From IMG/VR virus record IMGVR_UViG_3300033156_000775, positions 32,001 through 96,000 of that record: a DNA stretch of 64,000 nt. The stretch is one strand, 5' to 3'. Below, one piece after another: positions 49,496-61,413 of this stretch. Under the pieces are notes generated by a model. That model saw only the letters and a list, made by a program, of their open reading frames with translations. It was not told the origin of the DNA and did no database searches. Position numbers and translations under genes: made by a program. How positions within the stretch are numbered: position 1 is the stretch's first letter; the number at the start of each line of letters is the position of its first letter. This stretch comes from a virus.

Positions 49496-50759
49496 GACTT
49501 ACTATGGGAAGATCTGTGACAGATGTGGATCATGGGTTTATGAGACTATTCCCTACAATAATCAAAGTCTTTGTGACTCTTGCTATCTAGACGTAAAGAG
49601 AAAGAGAGGAAGGAGAAAGAGGAGATAGAAATTGGGGCCATCTAGTTTAAATCATATAAAAACTGGGGAATACACTATTAGAGCTAACATAGAGAAAGTG
49701 GAGAAAGCTACCCCACATATAGTAGAGCCATATAACTTAGAGAGGGAAAAGGAGCTTGCAGAGAAGATCTTGGAGGCTCTACGTCCAATATCCAGGGGAT
49801 ACACCTTTCCAGAGTTAATTGTTGCATGCTACCAAGTTATATTCACCTTAGTGTGGGAGAAAGCACATAAGGAGAATTCTGAAGAATGAATGAGTAAAAG
49901 TTAAAAATAGAATTAGGGGAGGATGAGCGATGCGAATAGGAATATATGAGAAAGATGGGAGAGTTCACATAGTCCTTGATGGAGAGAATAATGTTATGTT
50001 GCAAAGTAAACCTGCTGTTTCGACGTTTGTCATAGATGAATCAATACTAGATAACCCAAAATATGAAGTGGTGGTGCTAAATAACTACATAGACTTTCTA
50101 GAGCCCGATGTTATGAGGAAAATAAGACAAGGAATTGCAGAGGGCAAGCACATTAAAGATGTGGTATTTGAAGGAAGACCATCCTCCTTCAAGAGTACTT
50201 TCGGAATAACTAAGATTCGATGCTCATGTGGAAAAATAATAGAGGTCCCTAACAAAACAACATTCAGATGTCCCGGTTGTGGTGTGGAATATTAGCTTAT
50301 AGGAGACGAATCTCTGTGATTCAGGAGAAAGAAATTGACGAAGCAATAAAAAAGATAAGAGTGATTCTGCTTGCAGTGAAAACGTCTAGAAATGTACAGG
50401 AAGCAGAAAGATGGGTTAAAGAAGAGATTGAAGAAAACAGGTTGTGAGTCCTTATGATGGATTGTGAAGCATATGTGAGCCCCTATGGAATAAGCTTGGA
50501 GCTTACGGATAGAGTTATGATAGATAACATCCGGACTATATGCAGCATAGAAGGATGCAATAATGTTGCCGATAAATACCTTGTTGTAGGAGACGAGCTA
50601 TTTTACAAGGCTTATCTGAGGATGAAGCATCGTGAATTCATCGAGTCTCACGGTTTTCCTGTTGTGATATTGGGAGTATGTAGGAAACACTATGAAGAAA
50701 TTATAAGAGCCAATCAAACTTGATCCTATGGGATTTATGGGAAGACAAGGTAGGTTAAA

Positions 50760-51065
50760 GTGTCTAAGCGGACTAGACTAGAAATCGAGACGTATATACT
50801 CCACTTAATCAGGACACACTATACTCCTCCATATGCCATGGAGAAATATCAGGGTACATTAGGTACCCATATAGCTCAGAAGGCTAATCTAACGTGGAAG
50901 CAGCTACAGGAAATACTGGAACGCTTTAAGCAGCTAGGCTTGATCAGAGAGGTTAAGGAGATATCATCCAAGCCTAAATGCTCTTATGTAATCACTGAAA
51001 AGGGGAAACTAGCACTGGACACCTACAAGTACTTGAAGTATTTACTTGGCCATGCAATGGTGTAG
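50760..51065 (+). CDS. Winged-helix transcription regulator
   Basis: KRTRLEI..THIAQKANL..YVITEKGK archaeal wHTH pattern. Confidence 0.7.
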   Translation: MSKRTRLEIETYILHLIRTHYTPPYAMEKYQGTLGTHIAQKANLTWKQLQEILERFKQLGLIREVKEISSKPKCSYVITEKGKLALDTYKYLKYLLGHAMV

Positions 51066-51328
51066 TCCGGACTACATTTAAATTCACCTAAATGGAGAGA
51101 GAACATCCATGTATGGAAGGAGAAAACTAATTGTAATAGAAAGGAAAGATGAGAATGGAGATATCCTGCCCATATGGAACTGTCCATACTGTAATGGAAG
51201 CCTAGAAATAGTTCATAAGGAGGAATGTTCAAGTCTGGATATTTACAAGCAATGTACTAAATGTGGAAGAGTCTACAAAGAGACTTATGTGATAGAGCAG
51301 ATTGAATTAGTGGAGGACAGAATATACG

Positions 51329-51899
51329 TTGACTTTAACACTGAAAGAACGAATAGTGAACTACAAGAAGCAGTTTCCCAGATACACCCATGAGCTTGGA
51401 GTGTCATGGCGTATCTATGGGATATGGCAGATAGGAAACTACTATAGACGTAGACATGGGTACTATGGAGAGTATCCTCCATCCTATCTTAAACGAGTAT
51501 ATGCACTGTTCCCTGACAAGAATAGGATTCTACATTTATTCTCTGGTACAGTAAAGGATAGGGGAGTTACTTTTGACATTAATCCAGATCTGAATCCTGA
51601 TGTTGTTGGTGACGTAAGAGAGATCAGGAAGCACTTTTCAGATGGCCAGTTTAACCTAATAATAGCTGACCCTCCATACGAGAGAAAGGACTTTGAAAGA
51701 TATGGGGTACAAGCCATTTTCTAAGCAGAGGGTGGTTAGAGACCTGTGGTACATCACTGAGAAGGGAGGGTTCCTAGTATGGTTAGATGTCATTGTACCA
51801 ATCTACTCAAAGGAGCAGTGGAGCTTAAGGGGAAATATATTGTTGCTAACTGGTACAAATAGACGAGTTAGAGTAGTTACCATATGGGAACGAGTCTAG
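51329..51899 (+). CDS. Putative amino-methyltransferase split by a single-base frameshift in a G run near 51705
   Basis: LHLFSG (SAM binding) and IIADPPY catalytic motif; the second frame continues YKPFSK..GGFLVWLD. Confidence 0.65.
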
Positions 51900-51973
51900 C
51901 TTTAGTAGTTCACCTCTAAAGCTTAAATAATTGCTCTGTAGGAAAGCTGAGTTATCCATTTTAGACTGGAAGG

Positions 51974-53773
51974 ATGAGCATGGGTAACTCAGCTAGATCT
52001 AGGAAAAGAAGGAATAGAGCACCTATAGATGAATACTTAGGGAACAATTCCTGGAGACTTAAAGAGAATGCTAATTTCAACAGGTCATTTAGTGGATTAT
52101 TGTCTTACATAGCTGATAAGGAAATGGCCAGGTATGTCCTTTCCAGGATGCCTAAAGAGGCAGCTAAAGCTCATGTAAATGGGGACATTCACATCCACAA
52201 CTTGAGTAGAGGAATAATTCCCTATTGTCATGGAGGAAGCTTGCTATCTCTACTTGAAAAAGGACTGTTCTCCGGAGCTGTACATTCAAGGCCAGCTAGG
52301 CACTTTGACACAGCTATAGATCATATATCTAATTATTTTCTTATGGCCCAACAGGAGTTTGCTGGTGCCTTAGCCTTCAGCTCATTTAACACTCTCATAG
52401 CTCCATTTGTCCATTATGACAAGCTGTCCAGGAGAGAGGTTAAGCAAGGTGTTCAAAGGCTAATATACAATGCCAACTTCACTGTTAGAGCTGCTTTCCA
52501 GACTTTATTCACTAACTTGACTTTTGATGCTAGATGTCCACGTATGTTTAGAGATATCCCTGTAATGGTAGGAGGTAAGCCACAAGAGGACACATATGGG
52601 GACTTTGAGGAGGAAGCTAGGCTAATACTAGAAGTGTTCTCTGAAGTATTGTTAGAGAAAGATCCCAATGGAGTTCCATTTACCTTTCCTATTCCAACAA
52701 TCAACATCGGAAAGGACTTCAGATGGGACTTTAGATGTACAAGGAAGCTGGTTGAGTGCTCAGCTAAGCTTGGATCATGGTACTACATGAACTTTAGAGG
52801 CAGCAACATAGATGAGGACTCAGTCAGGGCTTTATGTTGTCATTTGAACTTAGATATCAAGAACCTACCTTCTAGAGGAGGATTCTGGAACTTTACTGAT
52901 GGAACTGGAAGCTACGGTGTATGTACAATTAATCTTCCAAGACTAGGCTACATATCTAAAGATGAGTCTCACTTTTATGAGAGGCTAGACAATATCCTGG
53001 ACATTGTAAAGGCTCAGCTTATATGGAAGAGGGAAATGATCATTAGGACAATGAAGGCTGGACTTATGCCATTCATGGATTTCTATGACTTTACACTGGA
53101 CAGATATTTTGCTACTATAGGTCTCATAGGCATAAATGAGATGGTCCTTAACCTTACAGGTGAGGATGTCTTGGAGAATAGACGACTAGTTAGGGATGTT
53201 GTCCAGTATGTTAAGGATAGGGCTAGGGAGTTCATGGATGAGACTGGAATGCTATGGAACGTGGAGCTAATACCTGGAGAGGGATCTAGCTATAGATTGG
53301 CCTTCATAGATAGGAAGAAGTACAGGAACATAGTTACTCTAGGCACTAGGGAAGCTCCATACTATAGTGCCTTGCTTGTTCCTCCAAGCTACAATGTAGA
53401 CTTGATGGACAAGGTGATCTTTGAAGAGGAGATATTGCCTCTATTTGATGGAGGAGCTGTGTCTAGAACGTTCCTAGGAGAGACACCTGAAGCTGACATG
53501 GCTGCTAAGCTCCTGAGAATGCTGAGTAGCACTAAGCTACCGTACTTTGACCTTACACCTACATTCAGCATATGTCCAGTAGACGGTACGTTCCATCAGG
53601 GAGTAGTGGAGAAGTGTAGGGTATGTGGACATGAGAATGACATATACTCTAGGGTTGTGGGGTACTATAGGCCTTTCAAGAAGTATAATGTAGGCAAGCT
53701 GCAGGAAGCTAAGGAAAGAGTCCTGTACACCAGTGACACCCTTACAAGTGTAGTCCGGACTACACCCACCTGA
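51974..53773 (+). CDS. nrdD: Anaerobic (class III) ribonucleoside-triphosphate reductase
   Basis: HIHNL..PYC, FTFPIPT, ALCC, TINLPR, PGEG..YRLA, CPVDG..CRVCG and the glycyl-radical motif YSRVVGYY. Confidence 0.95.
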   Translation: MSMGNSARSRKRRNRAPIDEYLGNNSWRLKENANFNRSFSGLLSYIADKEMARYVLSRMPKEAAKAHVNGDIHIHNLSRGIIPYCHGGSLLSLLEKGLFSGAVHSRPARHFDTAIDHISNYFLMAQQEFAGALAFSSFNTLIAPFVHYDKLSRREVKQGVQRLIYNANFTVRAAFQTLFTNLTFDARCPRMFRDIPVMVGGKPQEDTYGDFEEEARLILEVFSEVLLEKDPNGVPFTFPIPTINIGKDFRWDFRCTRKLVECSAKLGSWYYMNFRGSNIDEDSVRALCCHLNLDIKNLPSRGGFWNFTDGTGSYGVCTINLPRLGYISKDESHFYERLDNILDIVKAQLIWKREMIIRTMKAGLMPFMDFYDFTLDRYFATIGLIGINEMVLNLTGEDVLENRRLVRDVVQYVKDRAREFMDETGMLWNVELIPGEGSSYRLAFIDRKKYRNIVTLGTREAPYYSALLVPPSYNVDLMDKVIFEEEILPLFDGGAVSRTFLGETPEADMAAKLLRMLSSTKLPYFDLTPTFSICPVDGTFHQGVVEKCRVCGHENDIYSRVVGYYRPFKKYNVGKLQEAKERVLYTSDTLTSVVRTTPT

Positions 53774-53793
53774 AACACATAAGGTAGCTAGCA

Positions 53794-54123
53794 ATGAATT
53801 TGACAGTCCTGGGGATGGTCATTGGAGCCTTGATATGTGCAGTGTGGAGAGTGAAATTCAGCAGCATTGAAGCTCTTTACATATTGAGGACTCTACTTAA
53901 GGCTCTTGAACACTACCATCATGGACTCCTTCTAGTCATCGTTTCTAGCTTTGTTGCTTCTCCCAGCCTGTCATCCTTCATATTTGGCCTAGGGTCTTAC
54001 CTGATTATTGATGAGGCCAATCAGGATACTCCATTTGCATATGGGAAGGACACCTTTAAGGCTTCCACATCCATAGGAGTCATACTTGTAGTTATTTGGA
54101 TAGTGTGTCTCTTTATAGTTTAA
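53794..54123 (+). CDS. Membrane protein
   Basis: Several hydrophobic helices; EHYHHG motif. Confidence 0.55.
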   Translation: MNLTVLGMVIGALICAVWRVKFSSIEALYILRTLLKALEHYHHGLLLVIVSSFVASPSLSSFIFGLGSYLIIDEANQDTPFAYGKDTFKASTSIGVILVVIWIVCLFIV

Positions 54124-54160
54124 ACTTATTAATCTTCTACTTCAGGAGAAGTGATATGCT

Positions 54161-54940
54161 TTGAAACTATTTTATTATTTGATGCAGGGAGATTGCTCAG
54201 AAGCTCTCTCTAAGATTGATGATGACTCAGTAAACCTGGCAGTTACAAGTCCTCCATACAACGTAGGCATAGATTATGGAGTCTACAAGGACAATCTAGA
54301 ATGGGAAGAGTATTATGACTGGTGTGAGAAATGGATGAGGGAGATTTATAGAGTTCTCAGACCGGATGGAAGATTCTGCTTAAATCACTATCTCAGCTTA
54401 GGTACTAGCAAAGCAAGGTCAAGTCCAATTTTAGAGCTCCACTGCCTATCTAGGAGAATAGGCTTTAAACACCATGCATTGGTGATATGGGAAGAAAGAA
54501 CGAGATCGAAATACACAGCTTGGGGAAGCTGGCTAAGTGCTTCTGCCCCATACATTAACTCTCCATATGAAGGCATACTAGTTCTGTACAAGGATCAATG
54601 GAAAAGAGCTGATAAAGGTAAGAGCACAATTTCTAAGGAAGAGTTTCTTGAAGGAGTTTCAGGAGTATGGAAACTAGGACCAGATAAGCTACGTTTGACT
54701 CCAGCTACCTTTCCAGAATCTCTACCTAAGAGATGTATAAGCCTATTGACTTTTGAAGGTGATGTTGTTTTAGATCCGTTTATGGGATCTGGCACTACAA
54801 TGAAAGCTGCTCAGGATCTTAAACGGAGCTGCATTGGGATTGAAATAAACCCGGAATATTGCAAGGTCATTAGGAGAAGGTGCTTCGGTAAGCTGTTTCT
54901 GGACTACGAGGCTGAATATAAATTCGAGATCTTTAAATGA
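54161..54940 (+). CDS. N4C/N6A DNA methyltransferase (beta class)
   Basis: VTSPPYN precedes VLDPFMGSGTT; GIEINPEY. Confidence 0.9.
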   Translation: MKLFYYLMQGDCSEALSKIDDDSVNLAVTSPPYNVGIDYGVYKDNLEWEEYYDWCEKWMREIYRVLRPDGRFCLNHYLSLGTSKARSSPILELHCLSRRIGFKHHALVIWEERTRSKYTAWGSWLSASAPYINSPYEGILVLYKDQWKRADKGKSTISKEEFLEGVSGVWKLGPDKLRLTPATFPESLPKRCISLLTFEGDVVLDPFMGSGTTMKAAQDLKRSCIGIEINPEYCKVIRRRCFGKLFLDYEAEYKFEIFK

Positions 54941-55885
54941 AAGAGAAAGTTCTAGATCTGTAAAGAGCTAACATGGAAGTTGAAGTATGAGATATTACTA
55001 CAGACCAAAAGTTAGATGCTCCATATGTGGAAACATAGATGAGGGTACCTGCTAGAGATTGACCTATGGATCTTTACACTGGAAAGAGGACTATGTGAAT
55101 CCTGTCTTTAGCAGAATGTTTAAGGGACTACATAAGAAGCTAAAGAAATAATATTTCACTCTTGAGTGAAGATCCTTATCCTTGGAAGTGAAAGCTTTCA
55201 CTATACAGCACTTCTTTGGAGGTATTCTCATGGAAATATTAGAGGAGTATAATCCTAGAACTATATGGTCAGCTAGACAGGACAATCCAGAGCTTATAGT
55301 ACAGGACCTCAAGAAGGCCTTTGACTTAAATGAGGAGCAATGTGAAATAGTCAGGAAGATACTTTTATACAGAGGGGTCAACAAGTGGTTCTATGCTAGG
55401 AGACTATTTATCAAGCTAAAGCATGAGGTAAAGGAGATGCTAAAGGCAGATCCTAGAAACAAGACGCTACAGTATATAAATGAGAAGATGCAGAACATAG
55501 CTAAGCTACCTAGATGGGTTGAGTTTCCACATACCACCACTCATAACTGGAGAAACATTGAGAAGCAAATAGTAATCAAGGGTAAACACTGCTAAGATCA
55601 CTTGTGGACTGGTAGATCAGTCTGGAATGATCAAATTCCCTGAGTCCATATATTAATTCCAGACTTTGGAAACACAAAGCTTTATGTAGGAAGCTATGAG
55701 AAAAGAATAGATTGATATAGGATGCTTAGAGAACGTTGTGCTAATCCATTTAAGAGATCTAAATGTGGGAATAGTGACATAGTCCTCTACATCTGGTATA
55801 AGGGGAGACGATACCCTATTTGTAGTAAATGTTGGGAGAAGATAGCTAAATCTAAGATTGAATGGAGCTATGAGAGGTCATAAAT

Positions 55886-56563
55886 TTGGAGATTGCTTAT
55901 ATCCAGTCTATCAGCCTAATAGATTTCCCAGATACATTATCAGCTATAGTCTTCACTCAGGGATGCAATTTTTACTGTCCCTATTGTCAAAATCCTGATC
56001 TCATAAGAATCTCTAGAGGTAAGTTGTCAGGAATTGATGCTCTCAAGTACTTATCTAGGATCTCAGATAAGATAGAGGGAGTTTCAATCACTGGAGGAGA
56101 GCCTACCATACAGAAAGACCTTATCAGCTTCTGTAGAGCTATTAAAGACCTAGGTTTGAAGGTTAAGATCGATACTAATGGAAGCAATCCTAAGATGATT
56201 AGAGAGCTTCTTGATAGAGATATATTAGATTATATTGCTATGGACTTTAAAGCTCCATTATCTAAGTATCAGGAAGTCACTAGGTCAAATGTTAAGCCAG
56301 ATAGAATTCTAGAGTCAGCTAGAGCCATAATGGACTTTAGCATCCCATATGAGTTTAGAACTACAGTTGCTAAGGAGCTCCTCACCTTAGACGACATAGT
56401 TGAAATCTCCAAAATCTTAAAAGGTGCTAGACTATATGTAGTCCAGAAGGTACGATCCATCAAGACTCTTAGTCATATTCCATTCACTCCATACTCTGAC
56501 AGTGAGATCGAATCGATCAGGGATACTGTTCTCAATTATGTAAAGTCTTTCCTAGTTAGGTGA
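55886..56563 (+). CDS. nrdG: Anaerobic RNR activating radical-SAM protein
   Basis: GCNFYCPYCQNP (CxxxCxxC), ITGGEPT, KIDTNGS and EFRTT motifs; near nrdD. Confidence 0.92.
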   Translation: MEIAYIQSISLIDFPDTLSAIVFTQGCNFYCPYCQNPDLIRISRGKLSGIDALKYLSRISDKIEGVSITGGEPTIQKDLISFCRAIKDLGLKVKIDTNGSNPKMIRELLDRDILDYIAMDFKAPLSKYQEVTRSNVKPDRILESARAIMDFSIPYEFRTTVAKELLTLDDIVEISKILKGARLYVVQKVRSIKTLSHIPFTPYSDSEIESIRDTVLNYVKSFLVR

Positions 56564-56877
56564 AAGTGTAGTGTAGTCCGGACTACACATATTAAGCTTT
56601 AAATTTCAGATTGCTTCCTCTCTTATCATGGTGTATCAACATTGTCTGATGATAGGGGAAATGATCCTGACCTAACATTGGAAATTGTACAGAGGCTTTC
56701 AAGAGTAGAGACAAAGGTAGATGTGCTGTGCCAGGACTTCAAGGACTTTAAGAATTCATATAGATCCTTTAAGTCTGAGCGGCTATTGCAGTTGCCCTTA
56801 TCTCGTCCGTTGGACTTGTGATTCAAAAGATCATAGAGATTATACCTGTATTAATATAAAGTGTAGTCCGGACTACA

Positions 56878-57285
56878 TTGAGAGAGGTGAAACACTTGGG
56901 AACAAAGGATCTAGTTTATCAATACTTAAAATCTAAAGGATGCTCCTTCATTTCTGAAATTAAGAGGGATCTTTCTCTTCCATCTTATATGATATTTAAA
57001 GCTCTAAAAAGTCTTGAAAGAGACGGACTTGTACAGAAGTTTCCAGTAAACTTTTCTAAAGCTAGACACATAGGCCAGATTAGGTTATTTGGTAGAAGAA
57101 TTGGAAAGTACCTTTACTATACAGACAGAGAGAGCTTAATTTCTTTCCTCTCTAGGAATTTAAACCCCAAAGTATTTAGGCCCAAAGTCTCTCCAAAGCT
57201 ATTCTTTCCTGCCTTGACACTTGAAGAGTCAAGGACAATACATTATTATATTAAATCTCTAAGAAGTTTAGAATGCATTTCGTAA
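56878..57285 (+). CDS. Winged-helix protein
   Basis: FISEIKRDLSL..ALKSLERDGLV; a palindrome copy lies immediately upstream. Confidence 0.6.
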   Translation: MREVKHLGTKDLVYQYLKSKGCSFISEIKRDLSLPSYMIFKALKSLERDGLVQKFPVNFSKARHIGQIRLFGRRIGKYLYYTDRESLISFLSRNLNPKVFRPKVSPKLFFPALTLEESRTIHYYIKSLRSLECIS

Positions 57286-57342
57286 TACTTAAAAAATAGA
57301 CTGCTTTCTCAGCTCCAAACTAGAAAAAAGAGTTGACATGGT

Positions 57343-58344
57343 TTGGAGCGTACATCTATATTTACTTCTCTAGGTAAGACAGTTGATGAGATCAAGTCCA
57401 TTATAGAGGACAAGCAACCTTTGCAGGTGATATACCATGATGATGCTGATGGCCTAGCTTCAATAGCTCTTATAAGGTCGATATTTGATGTAGAGGAGTC
57501 TAGCAAGTTCCCCTATAGCCCAGAGATATTTGGAGCTTACAAGGAAGGAGACCTAGCTGTAGACATTGGACAGCCATTGTTCAAGGAATATTCAGGTGTG
57601 GTAATAGACCACCATGACCATCCTAATCCCTGGTACCCATTAATTTGGAGTTCAGTACCAACTGGTCTAATAATCTACAGGGTCTTTAAGGACAGGATAC
57701 CAGATGACAAGGTGTTCCTAGTTGTCCTGAGCTGTCAGGGAGATGGACAGCCAGAGCTAATTCCTGATGAGATATGGGACAAGCTATGGGACACATTATG
57801 GGAACACAGAGGAAGCCTGTATAAGGAGAGGTATGGCAGAGGACTTAATGTCTATTCCTACCCATTATTTTCTCTAGTAGCTAGTCCGGTTAACAGCCTA
57901 TGTAGGACAGGTCATGTCACAGATGCATATAAGCTTGTGACAAGAGCTAGGAGTCTCCATGATATTGTTAACAGTGCTCTAGGGGAAACTGAACGTCAAG
58001 CTGTGCAGGAGGAAGAAAGCAGAACATTGGATCCACGTAGCCCACTGAAGATACAGGTAGTGGACGATGTGTTTGGTCTAGTCATGTTTAGGAGTAGATA
58101 TAACATTGGGAGCAGAATAGCTGCTAGTGTTCTTAGTAAGAATCCATATCTGACTGTCCTAGCTCTCAACTTGACAACCAACTCAATGAGCATCAGAGGT
58201 ATACTTGCCAAGTACGTGGCCAACAAGTTGAGGAAGCTAGGCTTCCATGCTGGGGGACATGCAGGATACTGTGGAGGTGTACTTCTTAAAGGACAAACTC
58301 CAGATCACCTCCTAGAGGCACTACGCAAGATTAGAAGGGTATGA
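57343..58344 (+). CDS. DHH-family phosphoesterase (RecJ/GAN-like)
   Basis: YHDDADG, AVD, IDHH and C-terminal GGHAGYCG motifs. Confidence 0.85.
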   Translation: MERTSIFTSLGKTVDEIKSIIEDKQPLQVIYHDDADGLASIALIRSIFDVEESSKFPYSPEIFGAYKEGDLAVDIGQPLFKEYSGVVIDHHDHPNPWYPLIWSSVPTGLIIYRVFKDRIPDDKVFLVVLSCQGDGQPELIPDEIWDKLWDTLWEHRGSLYKERYGRGLNVYSYPLFSLVASPVNSLCRTGHVTDAYKLVTRARSLHDIVNSALGETERQAVQEEESRTLDPRSPLKIQVVDDVFGLVMFRSRYNIGSRIAASVLSKNPYLTVLALNLTTNSMSIRGILAKYVANKLRKLGFHAGGHAGYCGGVLLKGQTPDHLLEALRKIRRV

Positions 58345-58506
58345 TGAGGATGGAATTTGTAAGTGAAAGGAAAGTGTATTGTCCAAGGTGTGGTAGGTCC
58401 AGAGGAGTTGTCTTGTGGAAAGAGACTATTAAAGACTCTACCTGGTACTATATCACCTGTAAGCATTGTCACTTGATATTTAGGATAGTAAATCTGGGAG
58501 TGTGGA

Positions 58507-59529
58507 GTGGATATGTCTGAATGGAAGAACTTGGCTATTCCCTCAGAAGAAATTGAGGATGTAGCGTACTTTGTATATAGGAAGGGAACTAGAGTAGTCA
58601 AGAACATAGCTCTCAAGACCACTAGAGAAGTTATATTTCTTAACAGCCAGAGAGCTAGGAGACAGTTCCTTAACCATCTGGGTCTACCATTCCTGGACAC
58701 TGAGCGTATCTATGACTATAGAGAGAGAAACAGAGTTGTTAAGGAGGCCATAGAGAAGAGGTCTCGTCTTGAACGCTCAGGTAGAGCTTCAAAGCTGCTG
58801 TTTAGATGTAGGGAGCATCCTAGGTATGGTCTCCAAGCCTGGAGTGTAGTTACTGAGGAGTATGTTGAGATCCCAGTACCTGAAGCTAGGGACATGGCAT
58901 TCAACATCCTAGAGAAGGTGGTTGGAGGATACAAGCTTGAGCATTCATGGGACTCAGGGTCAGCATGGTACTACAGGGTTATCCTATACAAGGAAGATAA
59001 GCCATTAAAGGTAGGGGATATAGCCATCTGTGGGCTAGTATTCAAAATAGGATACTCAGGAGATAAGTCCCTAGCAGTGTATCCATACTGGAAGATCCTG
59101 TCATGTCTAAATGGACTGATGTCCCACCATTCAATTCAGATCTATAGGGGAATACATAGAGGAGATAAAGAGAAGATACTGTCAAGGTTTAGATATGCCA
59201 TCTATGAGGCTCTGGACAAGCTAATGGAGCTAGCTCCAATAATCGATAAGGCTAAGTCTCCAATTTCTGAAGCTGAAGAACGAGCTATGCTAGAGAAAGT
59301 GCTACGTAAGTACCCCCAGCATGTTCAGGAAAAAATATGGTATTTACTACGTTCAAAGTATAGGGATGAGACTGGAGTGTACAAGCTGTCACAAGCATTG
59401 TCTGATGTAGCCTCACATGGAATAGGGATTACTGATAGATATGCTCAGGAGCTGTCTAAAGATGCCTATAGACTTATAACCCGGTGTAGTCCGGACTACA
59501 CAGAAATAAAAGGAAATGGTAGAGAATGA
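58507..59529 (+). CDS. DUF932-like protein
   Basis: SVVTEEY..; G..SL.V....ILSCLNGL..H motif. Confidence 0.6.
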   Translation: MDMSEWKNLAIPSEEIEDVAYFVYRKGTRVVKNIALKTTREVIFLNSQRARRQFLNHLGLPFLDTERIYDYRERNRVVKEAIEKRSRLERSGRASKLLFRCREHPRYGLQAWSVVTEEYVEIPVPEARDMAFNILEKVVGGYKLEHSWDSGSAWYYRVILYKEDKPLKVGDIAICGLVFKIGYSGDKSLAVYPYWKILSCLNGLMSHHSIQIYRGIHRGDKEKILSRFRYAIYEALDKLMELAPIIDKAKSPISEAEERAMLEKVLRKYPQHVQEKIWYLLRSKYRDETGVYKLSQALSDVASHGIGITDRYAQELSKDAYRLITRCSPDYTEIKGNGRE

Positions 59530-60383
59530 GTAACGATACAGTTTGGGTAGTCCTTGAAGCTAAAGACACTAGTTCTCTTCTATATGAAATAGAAGGAAAG
59601 GAGCTTGAATGGCACCAGAAGTATGGACGGGACAAGTGTAAGTTTGGCAGTCAATGTGTCCACTGTTGTCCGATTTGCTGTTGCATAATCGAAGATATCA
59701 AGGATGAAGAAGGGAGGCTAATCGGCTTTAGACTTATGGGAATGAGGTTTGAACCGAAGAAGGAGGAGAAATAATGCTGATTACTAGCAGAGAAGTCTCA
59801 GTAGATGTAGAGGGAGACAGTGTACAGGAGTGTATAAGGAACTTCTTTAGGCCAGATGGACAGGTAATTCCCTTCAGAATAGTTCCTAGCTTGTATAATT
59901 TAGGACTAATAAATGGGCAGGTTGCCGTAGCCAATCTGCTTAGGACAATATTTGGATCTGACACTCCAATAGGATCAGCCATAATTGAGGCTAGATCTAT
60001 CCTTAAGCAGTTAGCTGAAGAGGACAGATGGATGACAGACTGGAATAGGAAGTGAGAACATGGATATGGAGAACAAAAGCTTTGATATCCTTGTTCCAAT
60101 TAATGTGGAAAGGTCTAAGCATATTATAATTACCCTGCTTCCAGAAGCTGTAAAAGATATCTTTGATGAAATTGTTAAGATGAGAACTAGAGGGCTAGAT
60201 GTTACTGGAGTCATAGTAAATGAAAAAGCATTTACCACTAAGTCCTCATATGCTGATTTCCATAGGGTGCTGGAAAGGTTCAATCAGAGAATGATAGGTA
60301 CAATATTTGGATGCAAAGTATTCCTGTACTTGGGAGCTCCAAGGGTATTTGCAATTGGAGAATAAAATGGAGGACATTATAGC

Positions 60384-61067
60384 TTGACAATTATTATGGA
60401 TAGCAATGAAGCTTCAGAAGCTCCAGCAATAAAGCAGAAGCTTAGGGAAAGAGGGATTAGAGTAGAAGTCCAGCATCTAGAGGTAGGAGACTACATTATT
60501 GGAGGACTATGTGTAGAGAGAAAGGACATTGATGACTTCATAGCTTCAGTGAATGACAGGAACAACCGTTACTGGAACCAGCTGTATAATATGAAGCTTA
60601 ATTATGACAGGAGAATTCTATATGTGGTTGGACAGTATCCTAGAAGGGTACCTAAGTATAAGAACAGACCATTCCTCCTACATGACTTCATGGTTTGGGT
60701 GTCATGTACATCATACTATTCATATCAGGTTCCTGTAATCCATGTCTTTACTTTAGATGAGTTCATAGACCATCTAGTCTGCTACCACAACAGATATGGC
60801 AAACTAGGTAAGTCTATTAGACCACTAAGAGCTAAGAAGGTTAAGCGGACTACATTTCAGATCTGCAGTGACATATATTCCATGTTCCCTGGTATTGGAA
60901 GACAGGTAGCTGATGAGCTTGCTAGGGAATATTCACTACATAAGTTTTTTAATATGGACAGAGATCTAATGTCCAAAGTCAAAGTTGGGAAGCGTAGGTT
61001 AGGCATTAGGGGAGAACGTATGTATGACATTATCCATTACGATCATAAATTAGAAGAGGTGAAGTGA
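60384..61067 (+). CDS. ERCC4/XPF-family structure-specific nuclease
   Basis: MDSNE, LEVGDYII and VERKDIDDF motifs; HhH FPGIG. Confidence 0.88.
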   Translation: MTIIMDSNEASEAPAIKQKLRERGIRVEVQHLEVGDYIIGGLCVERKDIDDFIASVNDRNNRYWNQLYNMKLNYDRRILYVVGQYPRRVPKYKNRPFLLHDFMVWVSCTSYYSYQVPVIHVFTLDEFIDHLVCYHNRYGKLGKSIRPLRAKKVKRTTFQICSDIYSMFPGIGRQVADELAREYSLHKFFNMDRDLMSKVKVGKRRLGIRGERMYDIIHYDHKLEEVK

Positions 61068-61413
61068 AATTGGATTTGGAAAAGTCTGAAGTAAGTAGAT
61101 CTGAAAAAGAACCAGTCCTAAGAGACTCGTTTACAAATCTACTAGAAATGTTAGACATCATAGACGATATTTGGGAAAGGATAGATCTCCTCCATGCTAT
61201 GATGGATGTTAGCTTTGAGGAGTGGGAGCCTAAACCGTCAGCTAGACCTGTCCATGAAAAGAACTTTAGATTTGGAATGTACAGTCTATCTAACTTCATA
61301 CAATGTCAACTTGTAGAGATAAAGCTGAGTCTGGACAATCTGATCTCTAAATTTGTTACAGAAAAACCTCAGGCACATGAATCATGTTAACAAAAATAAA
61401 GGAGGAATGAGAC